From an uncultured Chloroflexia bacterium (GTDB taxonomy: Bacteria > Chloroflexota > UBA6077 > JACCZL01): a DNA stretch of 64,000 nt. The notes under the pieces were generated by a model. That model searched no databases. It was not told the DNA's origin and worked only from the letters and a program-made list of their open reading frames with translations. Below, in pieces: positions 1-10,743 of this stretch (positions within the stretch are counted from its first letter, which is position 1; each line of letters starts with the position of its first letter). A program made the position numbers and the translations under genes. Location: NCBI GenBank assembly GCA_963765765.1, contig CAVXYC010000026.1, forward strand, positions 28,030 through 92,029, read 5' to 3'.

Positions 1-231
1 AGGATAGGCTCGGAAGGCAGCTCGGAGTCCGTTCGGGGGAGTGCATGTGACCTGGCACGACCACATGGGCGCCTGCACTCCGGGCTGCTCACCCAGGCAC
101 TTCAGAATAGCAATCGCGTCGCGAGATCGCGTGTACAAATTGCACACGGCGATTCTGTCTCACGGTGGCTCGTCCTGCCATGCTGGAGCCGCCATGACGC
201 GATCATCACTCGGGTTCCACCGCGGTCACGA

Positions 232-873
232 TCATTGTCGGTGAATCAGCCCCTCGGCATACGTCGGATGACGCCGCGGCTCCTGTGGCTGATTGAGCGT
301 CACCAGTGATGGTTCTGACACTGGTATTGGGGACCGCTTCGCCCGTTCGACCAGGTAGTTGTAGAGATTCTGTTTGTACGACTCACGGGAGGTGACGGCG
401 ATCGCCGTGGCGAACCGCACATCATCACGCTCGCTCTCGCCACTGCCCGCAGCTATCCTGGATCGGTTTCGGCGTGATGCGCCGCTGGAACTTCAGCAGC
501 TCGTTCGTAACAGTATTTGCAGCGGCCAGTGACGGGTTGACTCGAATACGACGCCCTTCGACCACGCGGACCGTGTGCGCAATCAGCTCACACTGGGCTA
601 CGTACATGTTGCGCGTCTCCCAGCCCATCGAGATCGTTGTCCCACCCGTAATGGTGAGTGCGATCGGACGCAGCGCTCGCTTTCCGCACGCAATAAGATG
701 AACGAAGAGGAAGTGTCGCCATGTTGCACTAAGACGGTCGCTCGATCAGGCCTACGAACTATGAGTCCAACAATACTTCTGCGAGTGCTGAGCACTAGCG
801 ACCTGATCCCGGTCCCGATGGAGTCAGCCGAACTGGTCTCCGACTCGTCGGCTATCTGAAGGAAGTCTGTCAC
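232..873 (-). pseudogene. Frameshifted, degenerate terminase-large-subunit nuclease-like gene remnant
   Basis: ORF pieces 598..873, 425..628 and 232..420 join into PIALTITGG...VVEGRRIRV...ELLKFQRRIT...GQWRE.RDDVRFATAIA, which resembles the C-terminal 'WREG.HDDLV.A.ALA' signature of terminase-like RNase H domains. Family recognised from memory only. Confidence 0.4.
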
Positions 874-1112
874 AAGCCGGGGCCCGCGCGGAACCGCAGC
901 CGTCTGGCCCGCGTACTACATTCTTGCCGCCAGACTGCCAGGTGTGTCGTTGGCCCATCGATCTGTAGAGACAGGGAAACGGTGGAGTATCGCGCTGTGC
1001 GTAGAACGTCGCTCCTCAATTCGAACTGGTTCAATATGAGGCGTATCAATCGGTGAGGATCATCCTTACTTCGAGAAGTACCAGCGTTCCCGAGAAGTAG
1101 CGGAAAGGCACC

Positions 1113-2588
1113 ATGTCCCAGGACGGAGAACACCTGCAGCGATCGGCACCAGTAATCCGACAGAGTGGCCGGATGCTCGCCGGCGCCCGGCCGGGTGATC
1201 GCCGTCTGCGCCTTCGTCGCCGACCGGATGCGATTTACATCCCAATTTCTCAGCAAGCCAGACAGCGACGGCGACGACATCCGGCGGTGGTGTTTGCCTA
1301 TGGGTTCATCGGGCTGATACTGCTGGGCGCGGTGATCCTGACACTTCCTGTCTCGAGCGCCGCGGGTCTCTGGACTTCACCGCTGGATGCGCTTTTCACG
1401 GCTACTTCGGCTGTGTGCGTTACCGGATTGGTTGTAGTCGACACTGCCACCTATTGGAGCGGGTTCGGTCAGGTCGTGATCCTGCTCCTGATTCAGCTCG
1501 GCGGCTTCGGCTTCATGACCAGCTCGACCCTCCTCCATTTGCTGATGCGTCGAGAAGCCACGCTCCGTGAGCGCATCCTGCTGCGCGAATCACTCGGGGC
1601 GGGTGGCCTCGGCTCCATTCTCACTCTGGCCCGCCGGGCCATCGTCTTTACGCTAATAGTGGAGCTCGTGGGCGCAGCCGTATTGACTGTGAGCTTCTTG
1701 AGTGCGGTGGACGCACCCACCGCTCTGTGGTGGGGCCTGTTTCACGCCATCTCGGCGTTCAACAACGCAGGCTTCGATCTGACGGGCGAATTTCGAAGCC
1801 TGGTGCCATTCAATACCAACACCCCCATCCTCGTCTCAGTAGCCAGCCTGATATTGCTCGGTAGCATCTCCTACACGGTCATTGAAGACCTGGCCAAGTA
1901 TCGGCGGTGGCACGTGCGCCTGACGCTCGACACAAAACTCGTGTTAGTGACAACACTGGGACTCATCACCTTCGGCACTGGCGGATTGTTGCTCACGGAA
2001 TGGAACAATAGCCGCACCCTTGGCGGCATGGGGTTCGGGAACCAGTTGCTGAATGCGCTGTTCATGGCCATCTCTCGGACCGCTGGATTCGCCTCTGTGG
2101 ACGTAGCCGCGATCACTGAGAACGGGCTCATCCTGATGATGGCCCTGATGTTCGTGGGCGGCTCATCCGGGTCGACGGCCGGGGGGATCAAGGTTCAGAC
2201 ATTCAGCACTCTCCTCTTCGCAATAATTTCAACGGTACGCGGCACACAAGAGGTCGAGGCGTTCGGTAGACGTGTGCCCCTGCCCTACGTGTTCCGCGCT
2301 CTGGCAGTGGCACTCCTGTCGTTAGCGTTCATCTTCCTTGGCTTCTTCCTACTGAATGCCACCGAGCCAGCGGGATTCCTCAGCGTGATGTTCGAGACGG
2401 TCTCGGCATTTGCCACGGTTGGGCTGTCCACTGGTATCACACCGGACACCACTCCAATCGGCCGCGTGATACTCAGCTTGGGTATGTTCATTGGACGCCT
2501 GGGCCCGCTGACGCTGGTCCTGGCGCTGGCGACTCGGGAGCATGCGCGCACATATCATCGCCCCGAGGAAGGTGTCCGAATAGGGTGA
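1113..2588 (+). CDS. ktrB: Trk/Ktr family potassium uptake membrane subunit (KtrB/TrkH)
   Basis: Repeated pore motifs SAVCVTGL, SAFNNAGF, SRTAGF, SAFATVGLS; GSTAGGIK; MFIGRLGPL. Confidence 0.95.
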   Translation: MSQDGEHLQRSAPVIRQSGRMLAGARPGDRRLRLRRRPDAIYIPISQQARQRRRRHPAVVFAYGFIGLILLGAVILTLPVSSAAGLWTSPLDALFTATSAVCVTGLVVVDTATYWSGFGQVVILLLIQLGGFGFMTSSTLLHLLMRREATLRERILLRESLGAGGLGSILTLARRAIVFTLIVELVGAAVLTVSFLSAVDAPTALWWGLFHAISAFNNAGFDLTGEFRSLVPFNTNTPILVSVASLILLGSISYTVIEDLAKYRRWHVRLTLDTKLVLVTTLGLITFGTGGLLLTEWNNSRTLGGMGFGNQLLNALFMAISRTAGFASVDVAAITENGLILMMALMFVGGSSGSTAGGIKVQTFSTLLFAIISTVRGTQEVEAFGRRVPLPYVFRALAVALLSLAFIFLGFFLLNATEPAGFLSVMFETVSAFATVGLSTGITPDTTPIGRVILSLGMFIGRLGPLTLVLALATREHARTYHRPEEGVRIG

Positions 2589-2612
2589 CACCGAAGGAGA
2601 TTAAGTAGTCAC

Positions 2613-3299
2613 ATGGCACGGACTCAGCAGGTCGCCGTTCTAGGCCTGGGTCGCTTCGGCTCAGCGGTTGCCAGGGAGCTTACGCGCCTCGGCCACGAGG
2701 TGCTCGCGATCGACTCGGATGAGCGGATCGTTCAGGAGATCGCAGAGGACGTGACTCATGCCGCGCAGGCGGACATCACGGATGACGCGGCATTGGAGGA
2801 GCTGGGCCTGGCGGAGTTTGACACCGCCATCGTGGCGATCTCCAGCAACCTTGAAGTGAGTATTCTGGCAACCGTGCTTCTACGGCGGCTCGGGACACCG
2901 ATCATCGTGGCTAAGGCGTCGAATCAGCTGCACGGGTCGATCCTCGCGCAGGTCGGAGCTACTCGGGTGGTTTATCCAGAGCATGACACCGGAGTGCGTG
3001 TCGCCCACAGTTTCGCGGCACCCGGTGTGCACGACTATTTGAGCGTTGCCCCCGGGTACGGCATCGCGTTGTTTGATGTGCCGAAGAGCTGGGTCGGCAA
3101 GACTATCGGGGAGCTCATTCAACAGGGATCGTCACGTGTGACGATCGTGGCCGTATCTCGGTCCAACTCGGTGACGATGAATCCCGACGCCTCGGAGGTG
3201 TTGCGCGCCGGTGACCAGATCGTCGTATCTGGCGTGGACGAGAGCCTCGAATCGGTGTGGGGCCGCGGTGGCAAACCCGATGGACCGATCGGCTCCTGA
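2613..3299 (+). CDS. ktrA: Trk/Ktr potassium uptake RCK regulatory subunit (KtrA/TrkA)
   Basis: GLGRFG nucleotide-binding motif, TrkA_N plus TrkA_C architecture, AAGGAG RBS, directly downstream of ktrB. Confidence 0.95.
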   Translation: MARTQQVAVLGLGRFGSAVARELTRLGHEVLAIDSDERIVQEIAEDVTHAAQADITDDAALEELGLAEFDTAIVAISSNLEVSILATVLLRRLGTPIIVAKASNQLHGSILAQVGATRVVYPEHDTGVRVAHSFAAPGVHDYLSVAPGYGIALFDVPKSWVGKTIGELIQQGSSRVTIVAVSRSNSVTMNPDASEVLRAGDQIVVSGVDESLESVWGRGGKPDGPIGS

Positions 3300-3766
3300 A
3301 GCTGTACGCGCCCACGTGGTTCGGCGAACTCCACGGTGGCCTCCTTGCCGACATCAAGGCCGGGCACCGTCCGCAACGACGAGTCATCGTCGACGAGAAG
3401 GCGCACTGCGAGGGCCGCGGACGCGGCAGCACCGTCGTTTTCACCGAGACCGTGACGTCATTCTTTCCGGGGTCGCAGTCATTCTGATCGGCGGGCCCCT
3501 TGACTTTACCTGGATCGAATTGGGTGCCAAGTCGGCGACCGCGGCACCGGATTTTTATCCGACAGCTGTGTTCGGCCGTCAAGCAACTGTCCTGGGCATT
3601 GAAGCTGTAGGCGCTGTTGACGACGGCTTGTAGCGCCGCTATCCAGGACGCGACGACCGTACCTTCGGCAGATTCACTTGCGGTCGCGCAGCTCATAGAC
3701 ATTCACTTCAACACCAGTCGGATACATCTGACGCGACAACCGCGTTAGCTCGCTACAGCGTGAGCT

Positions 3767-4096
3767 TCACACAGCGGGTGAGTCCTCGTAGTGTGGTTCC
3801 ACATCGTCCGGAGTGGGGTCGGGGTCGCCCGACCGGAATCCTGCGATCTCACTCCGAACACCGCGTGAGTCGTACCAGACGACGAGGCACGCTTTGCTGC
3901 CGCAAATGTAGAACGGTCCCGATTCGCCGGGCAGGGTCAGCTCGACGCCGCCACCTCCACAGCGAGGACACGGGAGAGCTGCCGCGCGTAGCACGCGCCC
4001 CGTACGCGTATTCATCGCCAGACCGCGTGTCGAGCGGTACACCTCGTTGGGCAGGCCGTGCTTATACCAGCCATAACGCTCCTCAGCCGCCGACAT
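3767..4096 (-). CDS. Hypothetical protein with possible Zn-binding cysteines
   Basis: 109-aa ORF with GGAG RBS, CPRC and CGSKAC motifs, acidic tail. Confidence 0.5.
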   Translation of the reverse strand: MSAAEERYGWYKHGLPNEVYRSTRGLAMNTRTGRVLRAAALPCPRCGGGGVELTLPGESGPFYICGSKACLVVWYDSRGVRSEIAGFRSGDPDPTPDDVEPHYEDSPAV

Positions 4097-4516
4097 GACT
4101 ACTCCGGCGCACTTCCATGCGCATAAATGAGTCCATTCGCAGTATGAGCCCAGTGATCGGCAGGGACGTCGTACGCTATTCCGAAAAGCGGCATTGAGCT
4201 GACGGTGACGTCTGGTCGTCCACCTGTCCCGCCGGTCCCCTCATCAGTTCTGGCTGCGTGCAACGACTCGGTTACATGAAACGCACAAAACATCTTTAGA
4301 CACCCAAATGGCGAGGCCCGGCTGATCGCCTGAGCTCGTTGGCTGCGCCGACGTCGGGCGCGGTAATTTCCAACGACTTCGTCAGCCAACGTATGCCCCG
4401 AGACACCGAGGCGCGGTGCCATCTGACCTCTCCGATTGGGTGGAGGCCGTCGGATACTGAGCGCTGAAGGACCCGGATAGCTCCACTCTCAATTTGAAGA
4501 CGATGGTGGTGCGCTA

Positions 4517-5185
4517 ATGGGTCACTCAAGGCTTAAGAACCGGAACTGCAAGAAAGAGAGTGATCTATTGGCGAATCAATTGATAGCGGTAGTCCGATGG
4601 TTAGCGTTGGTGACCATCGTGGGGCTTATGGCAGCAGTCACCTCAGACGTCATAACAACCATAGCCGAGCCCGTCGCCAGCGTAGCTTGGGCACCGCAGG
4701 ACCAACGTTTTCCACCTGAAAACTTCGCCGGGACTGTCGTGCCGGGGACTGTAACGACTGTCTCTCTTGCCACGCAGTTTGTGGTTGACCGGCCGAAAAA
4801 GGTTGGAGAGACCATCGACCCTACAGTGCGCGAAACGGTGCGCTGCCAATTGGAGAATGTGCCCCCTGAGCAGGCGTTGCTCGTCACTGCTGCCGGAGCC
4901 GCATCGCAGCCGGTATCCTCACCGGTGCTGTATTTCCAGGGCACTTACGACCCGGCGCTCAATGTCTTCTTCGTTAGCAGCGTGGGGACTACTCCGCAAT
5001 CCATCGCTCCTACCGCACCCGCTTCTGCCACCCCCGCGACGAACTCAGCGGACAATAGCGACGATGGTGACGATGATGATGATGACGACGACGATGATGG
5101 TGATGACGACGATGACGATGATGATGACGACGATGAGGGTGATGACGACGATGACGATGATGACGACGACGATGATGACCAGTAG
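4517..5185 (+). CDS. Secreted or membrane-anchored hypothetical protein with poly-aspartate C-terminus
   Basis: Hydrophobic N-terminal segment, beta-rich core, Ala/Pro/Thr linker, 40-residue tail of 36 Asp, 1 Glu and 3 Gly. True start may be TTG at 4568. Confidence 0.75.
   Translation: MGHSRLKNRNCKKESDLLANQLIAVVRWLALVTIVGLMAAVTSDVITTIAEPVASVAWAPQDQRFPPENFAGTVVPGTVTTVSLATQFVVDRPKKVGETIDPTVRETVRCQLENVPPEQALLVTAAGAASQPVSSPVLYFQGTYDPALNVFFVSSVGTTPQSIAPTAPASATPATNSADNSDDGDDDDDDDDDDGDDDDDDDDDDDEGDDDDDDDDDDDDDQ
5060..5179 (+). repeat. (GAY)n Asp-codon tract
   Basis: 120 nt of mixed GAT/GAC codons; the blocks starting at 5099 and 5138 share GGTGATGACGACGATGACGATGATGA (39-nt period). Confidence 0.95.
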
Positions 5186-5797
5186 GCCGGTGATGGGGTA
5201 GGGACAGTATGATGGTCCTGGCCCTGGCTCGAATCGACGAGTCTAGAAATTCGTCATGTCAATGGCTTTAGGTTGATCGAGGTCCGGGGTTCGCGATGGC
5301 CTGCCACGGTTCCGGGACAATTTCCGCCTTGCCATGACCTTGCACGCTGAAGGCGCTTCCCACGGAGAGCTCCGCATGGCCGGCGCCGTGGGAGCATGGT
5401 ATCGCGGCGGGCTACCGTGGATGCGCTGCGTCGGTAGCCGCCCCGCTCGCGACCTTGCTTAGGCGGCCCGATTTCCTGGCCGACTAGGTTCAACGATATC
5501 GATACGCGGCATGAATTCGGTTCGCGCGGCATATCTGTAAGAAAGAAGGTGCCCAGGGCCTCGCTCGGGAGACGATTCCCGACGCTGGCACGGCGTTCAT
5601 TGCTGAGAGGGAGCCTGGGCACCAACGTGCAGCGCTGCACGCTGAAGCGTCCAGTGGCCACGAGCAATATTGGGCAAGAAAAGTGTGGATTCTCGTTGTA
5701 GTTAGGTTTGAATCCAGTCGATGGTGGTCAGGCGCCCCGTATCGAACGCATCGGCAGTTACATCACTGCTTTATTCAATCGCCCGGAGGTGAAATCA

Positions 5798-6157
5798 GTG
5801 GCAGTTCAACTCAGTAGCGTGGCCGAACGGCTCTTCACGCGTATAGAGCAGTTCATTGTCGAGGGCGTGCACCTCTACAAGGACGCGATCGTTGCGGATT
5901 CCCGTCGATGCCCGCACTGCAATGCGATTGTGCCCGACATACGGCCCGTGCCATTTGAGTATTGCCCGTATTGCGAAGCGGACGTCGACCAGTTTGCAAA
6001 TGGTGAACGCGTGATTGAGCATCCGCTGGAACGCTTGATTCGCTTGTTCATACCTCAACCTATGACACGGAGCATGTCGCCGATTCGGGTCCGATCCGCC
6101 GAATCTGAACGGATGAAGGCTCACGAGCCCCCTGGAATCGGATTTCTCAGGAAATGA
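5798..6157 (+). CDS. Zinc-ribbon hypothetical protein
   Basis: GGAGGTG RBS before GTG at 5798 (in frame with ORF 5708..6157); CPHC and CPYC motifs. Confidence 0.65.
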   Translation: MAVQLSSVAERLFTRIEQFIVEGVHLYKDAIVADSRRCPHCNAIVPDIRPVPFEYCPYCEADVDQFANGERVIEHPLERLIRLFIPQPMTRSMSPIRVRSAESERMKAHEPPGIGFLRK

Positions 6158-6467
6158 TTGCAGGGTCGCGGAGTGTCTCCAATATTTGTCGAATGACAAT
6201 CTCAGGACTCATAGGGTACGGTGACGGGACCCAAGGTCCTTCTCGGGGGAGATGTCGGGTTGTTCCAGCGGGAAGCCCGGCATATTGGACCTCGGGCGCC
6301 TCATTCTCATGCTACTGCGCATTTGGGCGCAGAGCACAACAACTCGAATGCTGCACCATAAGTGGTGTACTCCGAGCACCGTTGGCATACGAGTATTAGG
6401 CATATCGCGGAAGTCCGATAGTGAACCCGCTCAACGCTCATCCGTTCCGCCGCCACGTTGTGACGGT

Positions 6468-8396
6468 TCACTGAACCCGGAACGAAAGTGATGGCAAAAC
6501 GAGCTGGTTTGGTGAAGCGTCCAGGCCCACTGGCCTGCGAGTCACAGGCATGAGCGCCAGGTCCGCATGTCGCTGCAGTGCCAGGGCGATGGTGTAGCGC
6601 CCGAGTGTTCGCGGCGACAAGAAACTAATTCTCTCGTCGCGCATGGATGATTCTGAGCCTGGTTCCCGCCAGGGGCCAAACGACTCACCCATGGGCTGAC
6701 CATCCTGGCGAAGCCAGGATACCCGCGTTCTCCACACCTGAGTGGGTTCGGATGGCTCCTTCCAGCGGATTCTTAGCCTTACCGTAGTGTCTCGCGCCAC
6801 GGTGCGTTCGGAGATGTCAATGCCGTCCAGCACGATGCCTCCCTCGAACTCGGTTGAGGGAAGTCTGTAGACCTGCGCGTACTGGATGCCGTTAATGACG
6901 ACCTCAAAATCCGGTTGGAGCTGCTGGAGAGCCGATTCCAGGGTAGGCGGCATGAGGCCGCGCTGATCGGCGGCAACGTAACGCACGGCAACATCGGCGA
7001 CGTCGTAGGCGCTGAGCGGCACGGCCTTTCCCACGAACTGCGCATCCAATGAATCCGGGTACACAACGGCAGCAGTGGAGTTTGCCGCGTCCTCTTGACT
7101 GTTGAGGTAGCTCGCAACCTGGTCAAGGCCTTCTCCCCAACCCACCAGGAGAAGGCGGCTGGCCACGTAACCGCCGCCGGCTAGCGGGTTGTAGTACGCC
7201 AGTAGATAGGGTCGCACGCTCAGAAGACTGAGGCTCAGTGTCGCCAGCCCTAGCCCGGCGAGTGCCGCACTTCCGGGGCGCGCGACGCGACGCGTCACCT
7301 CCGCGAATCCTAAACTCCCCAGCGTCACGACAATTGGGACGACTGGTATGACATAACGGTCAGCCTTTTTGGGGGCCAGGGTAAGCGTAACTGCCATCAC
7401 TGCGAATGCTGCGAGAAGGATCATGGACAACGAACGATTTCGTCCTCCCCGCAACCAGATCAGTGCCACGATTCCTAGACATGCCACGGGACTCAGGCGA
7501 AGCAGAAGGGCCACGGGATAAAAGAGCGGCCCGGGGTCGGGCGATGCAGCCCCCAGGAGAAAGCTTCCCGCGTCCATGGGCGACCCGCCCTTGAGCGCCG
7601 TGTAGTCGATGACGCGCTGGATCGTCTCGATGGGGCGCACCCACATCGCTGGCCAAAGCGCAATGGGGATCAAAATGCTCCCCGCCATCCAGGCAAGCAG
7701 CCCCGGTCGCCGCGTCGAGAGCAGGGCAATGGCCACAACCACCGGCGCTACGAGCACAATGGGCGTTTTGGTCAGAAGGCCCAGTCCGAAGGCCGCGCTC
7801 GAGACCCCGAGTGCCCACGCACCGGCCCCCGCCCGCCAGAAGGCAAAGGCTGACAATACGGTGACGAGCGCAAGCTCGGCCATGAGCGCATCGGCGCGGA
7901 GAAGCTGCCCGTGCGCCACGAGAAAGGGCTCGAGGGCCAGAAAGCTGCCGCTGAGCAGCCCGGCGGATGGTCCCGCGAGACGCCAGACGAGCATTGCCAC
8001 GAGGGCGATGAGGGCGCCGTGCGCGACAACGAGACCAAGGCGCGCTCGCCCCAATGCGGACATGAACGATTCGACATCCGTCGCTCCACGTTCGCCGGTG
8101 CTCGACGAATCAGGACTGATGGTTCCGCTGAACGTGCGGGCCCAGTCAGGCGTCAGAGCCACGGTCGCGATCCACATCACGGTCACTTCTGGGTGGCCGA
8201 TCTGGTAGGTTCTCATCCAACGGCGGTCAGCCAGAGCCTCCGCGAAATTGCCACTGCGGGCGAGCGTCAGGTCCTCGTCCGTGGTGACGTATTGCTCGAG
8301 ATTCTGGGCGCGCGCCAGGACGGCGACGCCGAAGATTGCCAGCGCGAAGAACAGCGGATAGATGCGGGACACGTCTCGTGAGAAGCCAGCTTGCAT
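6468..8396 (-). CDS. GT-C fold glycosyltransferase (PMT/ArnT-like, family 39/83) with C-terminal extracytoplasmic domain
   Basis: TTDE loop, GHPE, LRADA, LLTK, KKADRY motifs; many transmembrane segments. Confidence 0.85.
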   Translation of the reverse strand: MQAGFSRDVSRIYPLFFALAIFGVAVLARAQNLEQYVTTDEDLTLARSGNFAEALADRRWMRTYQIGHPEVTVMWIATVALTPDWARTFSGTISPDSSSTGERGATDVESFMSALGRARLGLVVAHGALIALVAMLVWRLAGPSAGLLSGSFLALEPFLVAHGQLLRADALMAELALVTVLSAFAFWRAGAGAWALGVSSAAFGLGLLTKTPIVLVAPVVVAIALLSTRRPGLLAWMAGSILIPIALWPAMWVRPIETIQRVIDYTALKGGSPMDAGSFLLGAASPDPGPLFYPVALLLRLSPVACLGIVALIWLRGGRNRSLSMILLAAFAVMAVTLTLAPKKADRYVIPVVPIVVTLGSLGFAEVTRRVARPGSAALAGLGLATLSLSLLSVRPYLLAYYNPLAGGGYVASRLLLVGWGEGLDQVASYLNSQEDAANSTAAVVYPDSLDAQFVGKAVPLSAYDVADVAVRYVAADQRGLMPPTLESALQQLQPDFEVVINGIQYAQVYRLPSTEFEGGIVLDGIDISERTVARDTTVRLRIRWKEPSEPTQVWRTRVSWLRQDGQPMGESFGPWREPGSESSMRDERISFLSPRTLGRYTIALALQRHADLALMPVTRRPVGLDASPNQLVLPSLSFRVQ

Positions 8397-8633
8397 GGTG
8401 GGCGAAATTCAGTGTGAGACTAACAGAGTTGATGTAAGCGAGACGGTAATTGGGGTGGTCGAATGGTCATCTAGCGGTTATGACTGAATCGATTCCATCA
8501 ACGTGCCTGGGCTCGGGACGTCTTGCAAATTGGTACCAGACAACTGTGAATGAAGATGCGGTATCTTGCCATCGTGCAGCCGCGCTCCTTGGGTAGCGGC
8601 GAGCCATCGAAAGATTTGGCAGAGGGCGAGTAG

Positions 8634-9821
8634 ATGAAGCCGGAGCGAAAACGAAGCATTGCAACACGGGTGGTGCATGCTGGTGAGCAGCGCGGCGCCG
8701 AGATTCGGCCGACATCCACGCCGATCTATAACGCGTCAAGCTTCATGGCTCCCAGCGTCGCCGAGATCGATGCGATTCTCGGAGGTGATGTTCCTGGCTA
8801 CGTCTACACGCGCGATGGCAACCCAACCGTCGCGGCGTTCGAGCGAGCAATCGCGGATCTCGAGGGCGCTGAAGGCGCCGTGGCCTTTGGCTCCGGAATG
8901 GCGGCCATTCACGCGGCACTGTTGGCTGTGGGCATCCGATCAGGCAGTCGCATCGTCGCATCGCGTGACTTGTACGGTCGCACACGGGCACTTCTCAATC
9001 GACTTCAATCGGATTTTGATGTATGCCTGGAGCTCGTGGATATAGACGACAGCGGTGCGCTTGACGACGCGCTCGCTCAACCCTTCACCGCTCTCGTGGT
9101 CGAGACGCTCTCCAATCCGCTGGTGAAAGTTTCTGACATCCCAACGCTGAGCCAGAGAGCTCGGGCGGTTGGCGGCGCGCTCATCGTGGACGCGACCTTC
9201 ACGACTCCAGTGCTCAGCCGACCGCTGGAGTCGGGCGCGGAGATTGTGTTGCACAGTGCCACGAAATACATTGGGGGCCACGGTGACGCCACCGGCGGGA
9301 TCGCCTGCGCACATGGCGATGCGCTCCAACGGCTACGTACCGCTGCATCATTGATTGGCGGAATCCTTGGCCCCAATGAAGCCTGGCTGTGTCTCCGCGG
9401 CGTGAAGACACTCCTGCTCCGAGTTGAACGGCAGTGCTCCAGCGCGGCATTGATCGCGCGGCACTTGAGCTTTCACAAGAAAGTGTCGCGCGTGTTCTAC
9501 CCCGGACTGCGGGGCGATCCAGGGCATGCGCTTGCGCAGGACCTTTTTGGCGGACGGTTTGGTGCAATCATTGCATTTGAGCTGCGTGACGTCGAGCGAG
9601 CTGACGTACTGAGATTCATGGAGCGGTTGGAGCTCATCTTCCCGGCGCCGACACTCGGTGACGTTGCGACACTAATCTCCTACCCCGCGCAATCCTCCCA
9701 TCGCGGCCTCACCCGCGCTGAGCGAGCCGAGCTCGGAATCTCGGATGGTCTCGTCCGCTTGTCGATTGGCATTGAAGACATCAATGACTTGATCGTTGAC
9801 TTGGAGCAAGCACTGGCCTAA
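8634..9821 (+). CDS. PLP-dependent Cys/Met metabolism enzyme (cystathionine gamma-synthase / methionine gamma-lyase family)
   Basis: YTRDGNPT, SGMAAI, DATF, HSATKYIGGHGD (PLP lysine), VRLSIGIED. Confidence 0.93.
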   Translation: MKPERKRSIATRVVHAGEQRGAEIRPTSTPIYNASSFMAPSVAEIDAILGGDVPGYVYTRDGNPTVAAFERAIADLEGAEGAVAFGSGMAAIHAALLAVGIRSGSRIVASRDLYGRTRALLNRLQSDFDVCLELVDIDDSGALDDALAQPFTALVVETLSNPLVKVSDIPTLSQRARAVGGALIVDATFTTPVLSRPLESGAEIVLHSATKYIGGHGDATGGIACAHGDALQRLRTAASLIGGILGPNEAWLCLRGVKTLLLRVERQCSSAALIARHLSFHKKVSRVFYPGLRGDPGHALAQDLFGGRFGAIIAFELRDVERADVLRFMERLELIFPAPTLGDVATLISYPAQSSHRGLTRAERAELGISDGLVRLSIGIEDINDLIVDLEQALA

Positions 9822-9826
9822 AGGGC

Positions 9827-9933
9827 CCGGTAGGACAGACGTCTCTGCCAACCCTGACTAAACCGCGGTCGGGCGGCTGTAGAGCGAACGACCGCGCAAA
9901 CGAGCCTCGACGGGCAGCCCCTCTCCCACCGGG
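9827..9933. repeat. Degenerate inverted pair of GTAG-type REP-like elements
   Basis: CCGGTAGGACAGACGTCTCTGCC and GACGGGCAGCCCCTCTCCCACCGG; related copies at 28279-28305 and 55012-55036. Confidence 0.55.
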
Positions 9934-9969
9934 GGCCGTTAAACGTTCTTCTCATTGAAGGATTAGCCA

Positions 9970-10643
9970 GTGAGCCGTGCTGCTGTCACAGTTGTCGTTG
10001 TCCACGATCGTCCGCTCCATCGTGGGGGCGTGGTGGCTGCTCTCGAGCGAGACCAATCGGGCATTCAGGTCATCGGCGAAGCGTCCAATGCTGAATGTGT
10101 ACTGTCGCTCGTACGAAGATGTCGACCGAGGTGCTTCTCACTGACTTGAGATTGCCAGGCCGAGACGGAATCTGGCTCACTGGCTCGGTTCTCGACTCGA
10201 ATCCGGAAACGCGAGTCCTCGTGGTCACCGGTGTGGAAGATGCACCCAGCGTGCGGGGCTCATTGGACCGCGGCGCATCCGGGGTCATCAGCAAAGATGC
10301 TTCCGCGGCTCAGTTGTGCGCCGCTGTGGTCTCCGTGGCAGCGGGCGGCGAGTTCGTGAGCGCTCAGATAGCTCGCATGCTCGCCGTGGGCCGAGACCGT
10401 CGGACAGAGATCTTGATGTGCGGAGAGAGCTCTCCCAGTAGAGAGCGCGAAGTACTGGCTCGGCTTGCCGCCGGAGAATCCAATCGACGCATCGCTGAGG
10501 ACCTGGTGCTGAGCGTGCGGACCGTCGACAATCACGTCTGTAACCTTCACGCGAAATTGGGCGTGCACGATCGAGCTCAGGCTGCACTCTCGGCGGCGCG
10601 GCTGGGTCTCATCACGATGTCTGGGGGCCAGGCAGGCGCGTAA
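9970..10643 (+). CDS. NarL/LuxR family response regulator (frameshift near 10130)
   Basis: Receiver N-terminus VTVVVVHDRPLHRGGV...VIGEAS in one frame; LTDLRLPG and HTH segment REREVL...LSVRTVDNHV in ORF 10095..10643. Confidence 0.85.
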
Positions 10644-10743
10644 TAATTCTGGGTGACGTGCGTGAGCCCGCATCACCCTACGATCGGATTGCGGCGGCAA
10701 TGACGCCCGCGGACGACTCGCTTCGCGGTATGACCTGTGCCTA

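Noticed and set aside
880-1112. c-di-AMP (ydaO) riboswitch upstream of ktrBA
   Set aside because: Plausible from context, but I could not find the conserved motifs.
3507-3727. Second possible UGA read-through ORF (MYPTGVEV...RK-TGA-ICRR) on the minus strand
   Set aside because: No RBS, no clear SECIS hairpin and an unconvincing downstream translation.
4200-4250. Hammerhead ribozyme (CTGATGA on the minus strand)
   Set aside because: No stem II followed by GAAA, so the core is incomplete.
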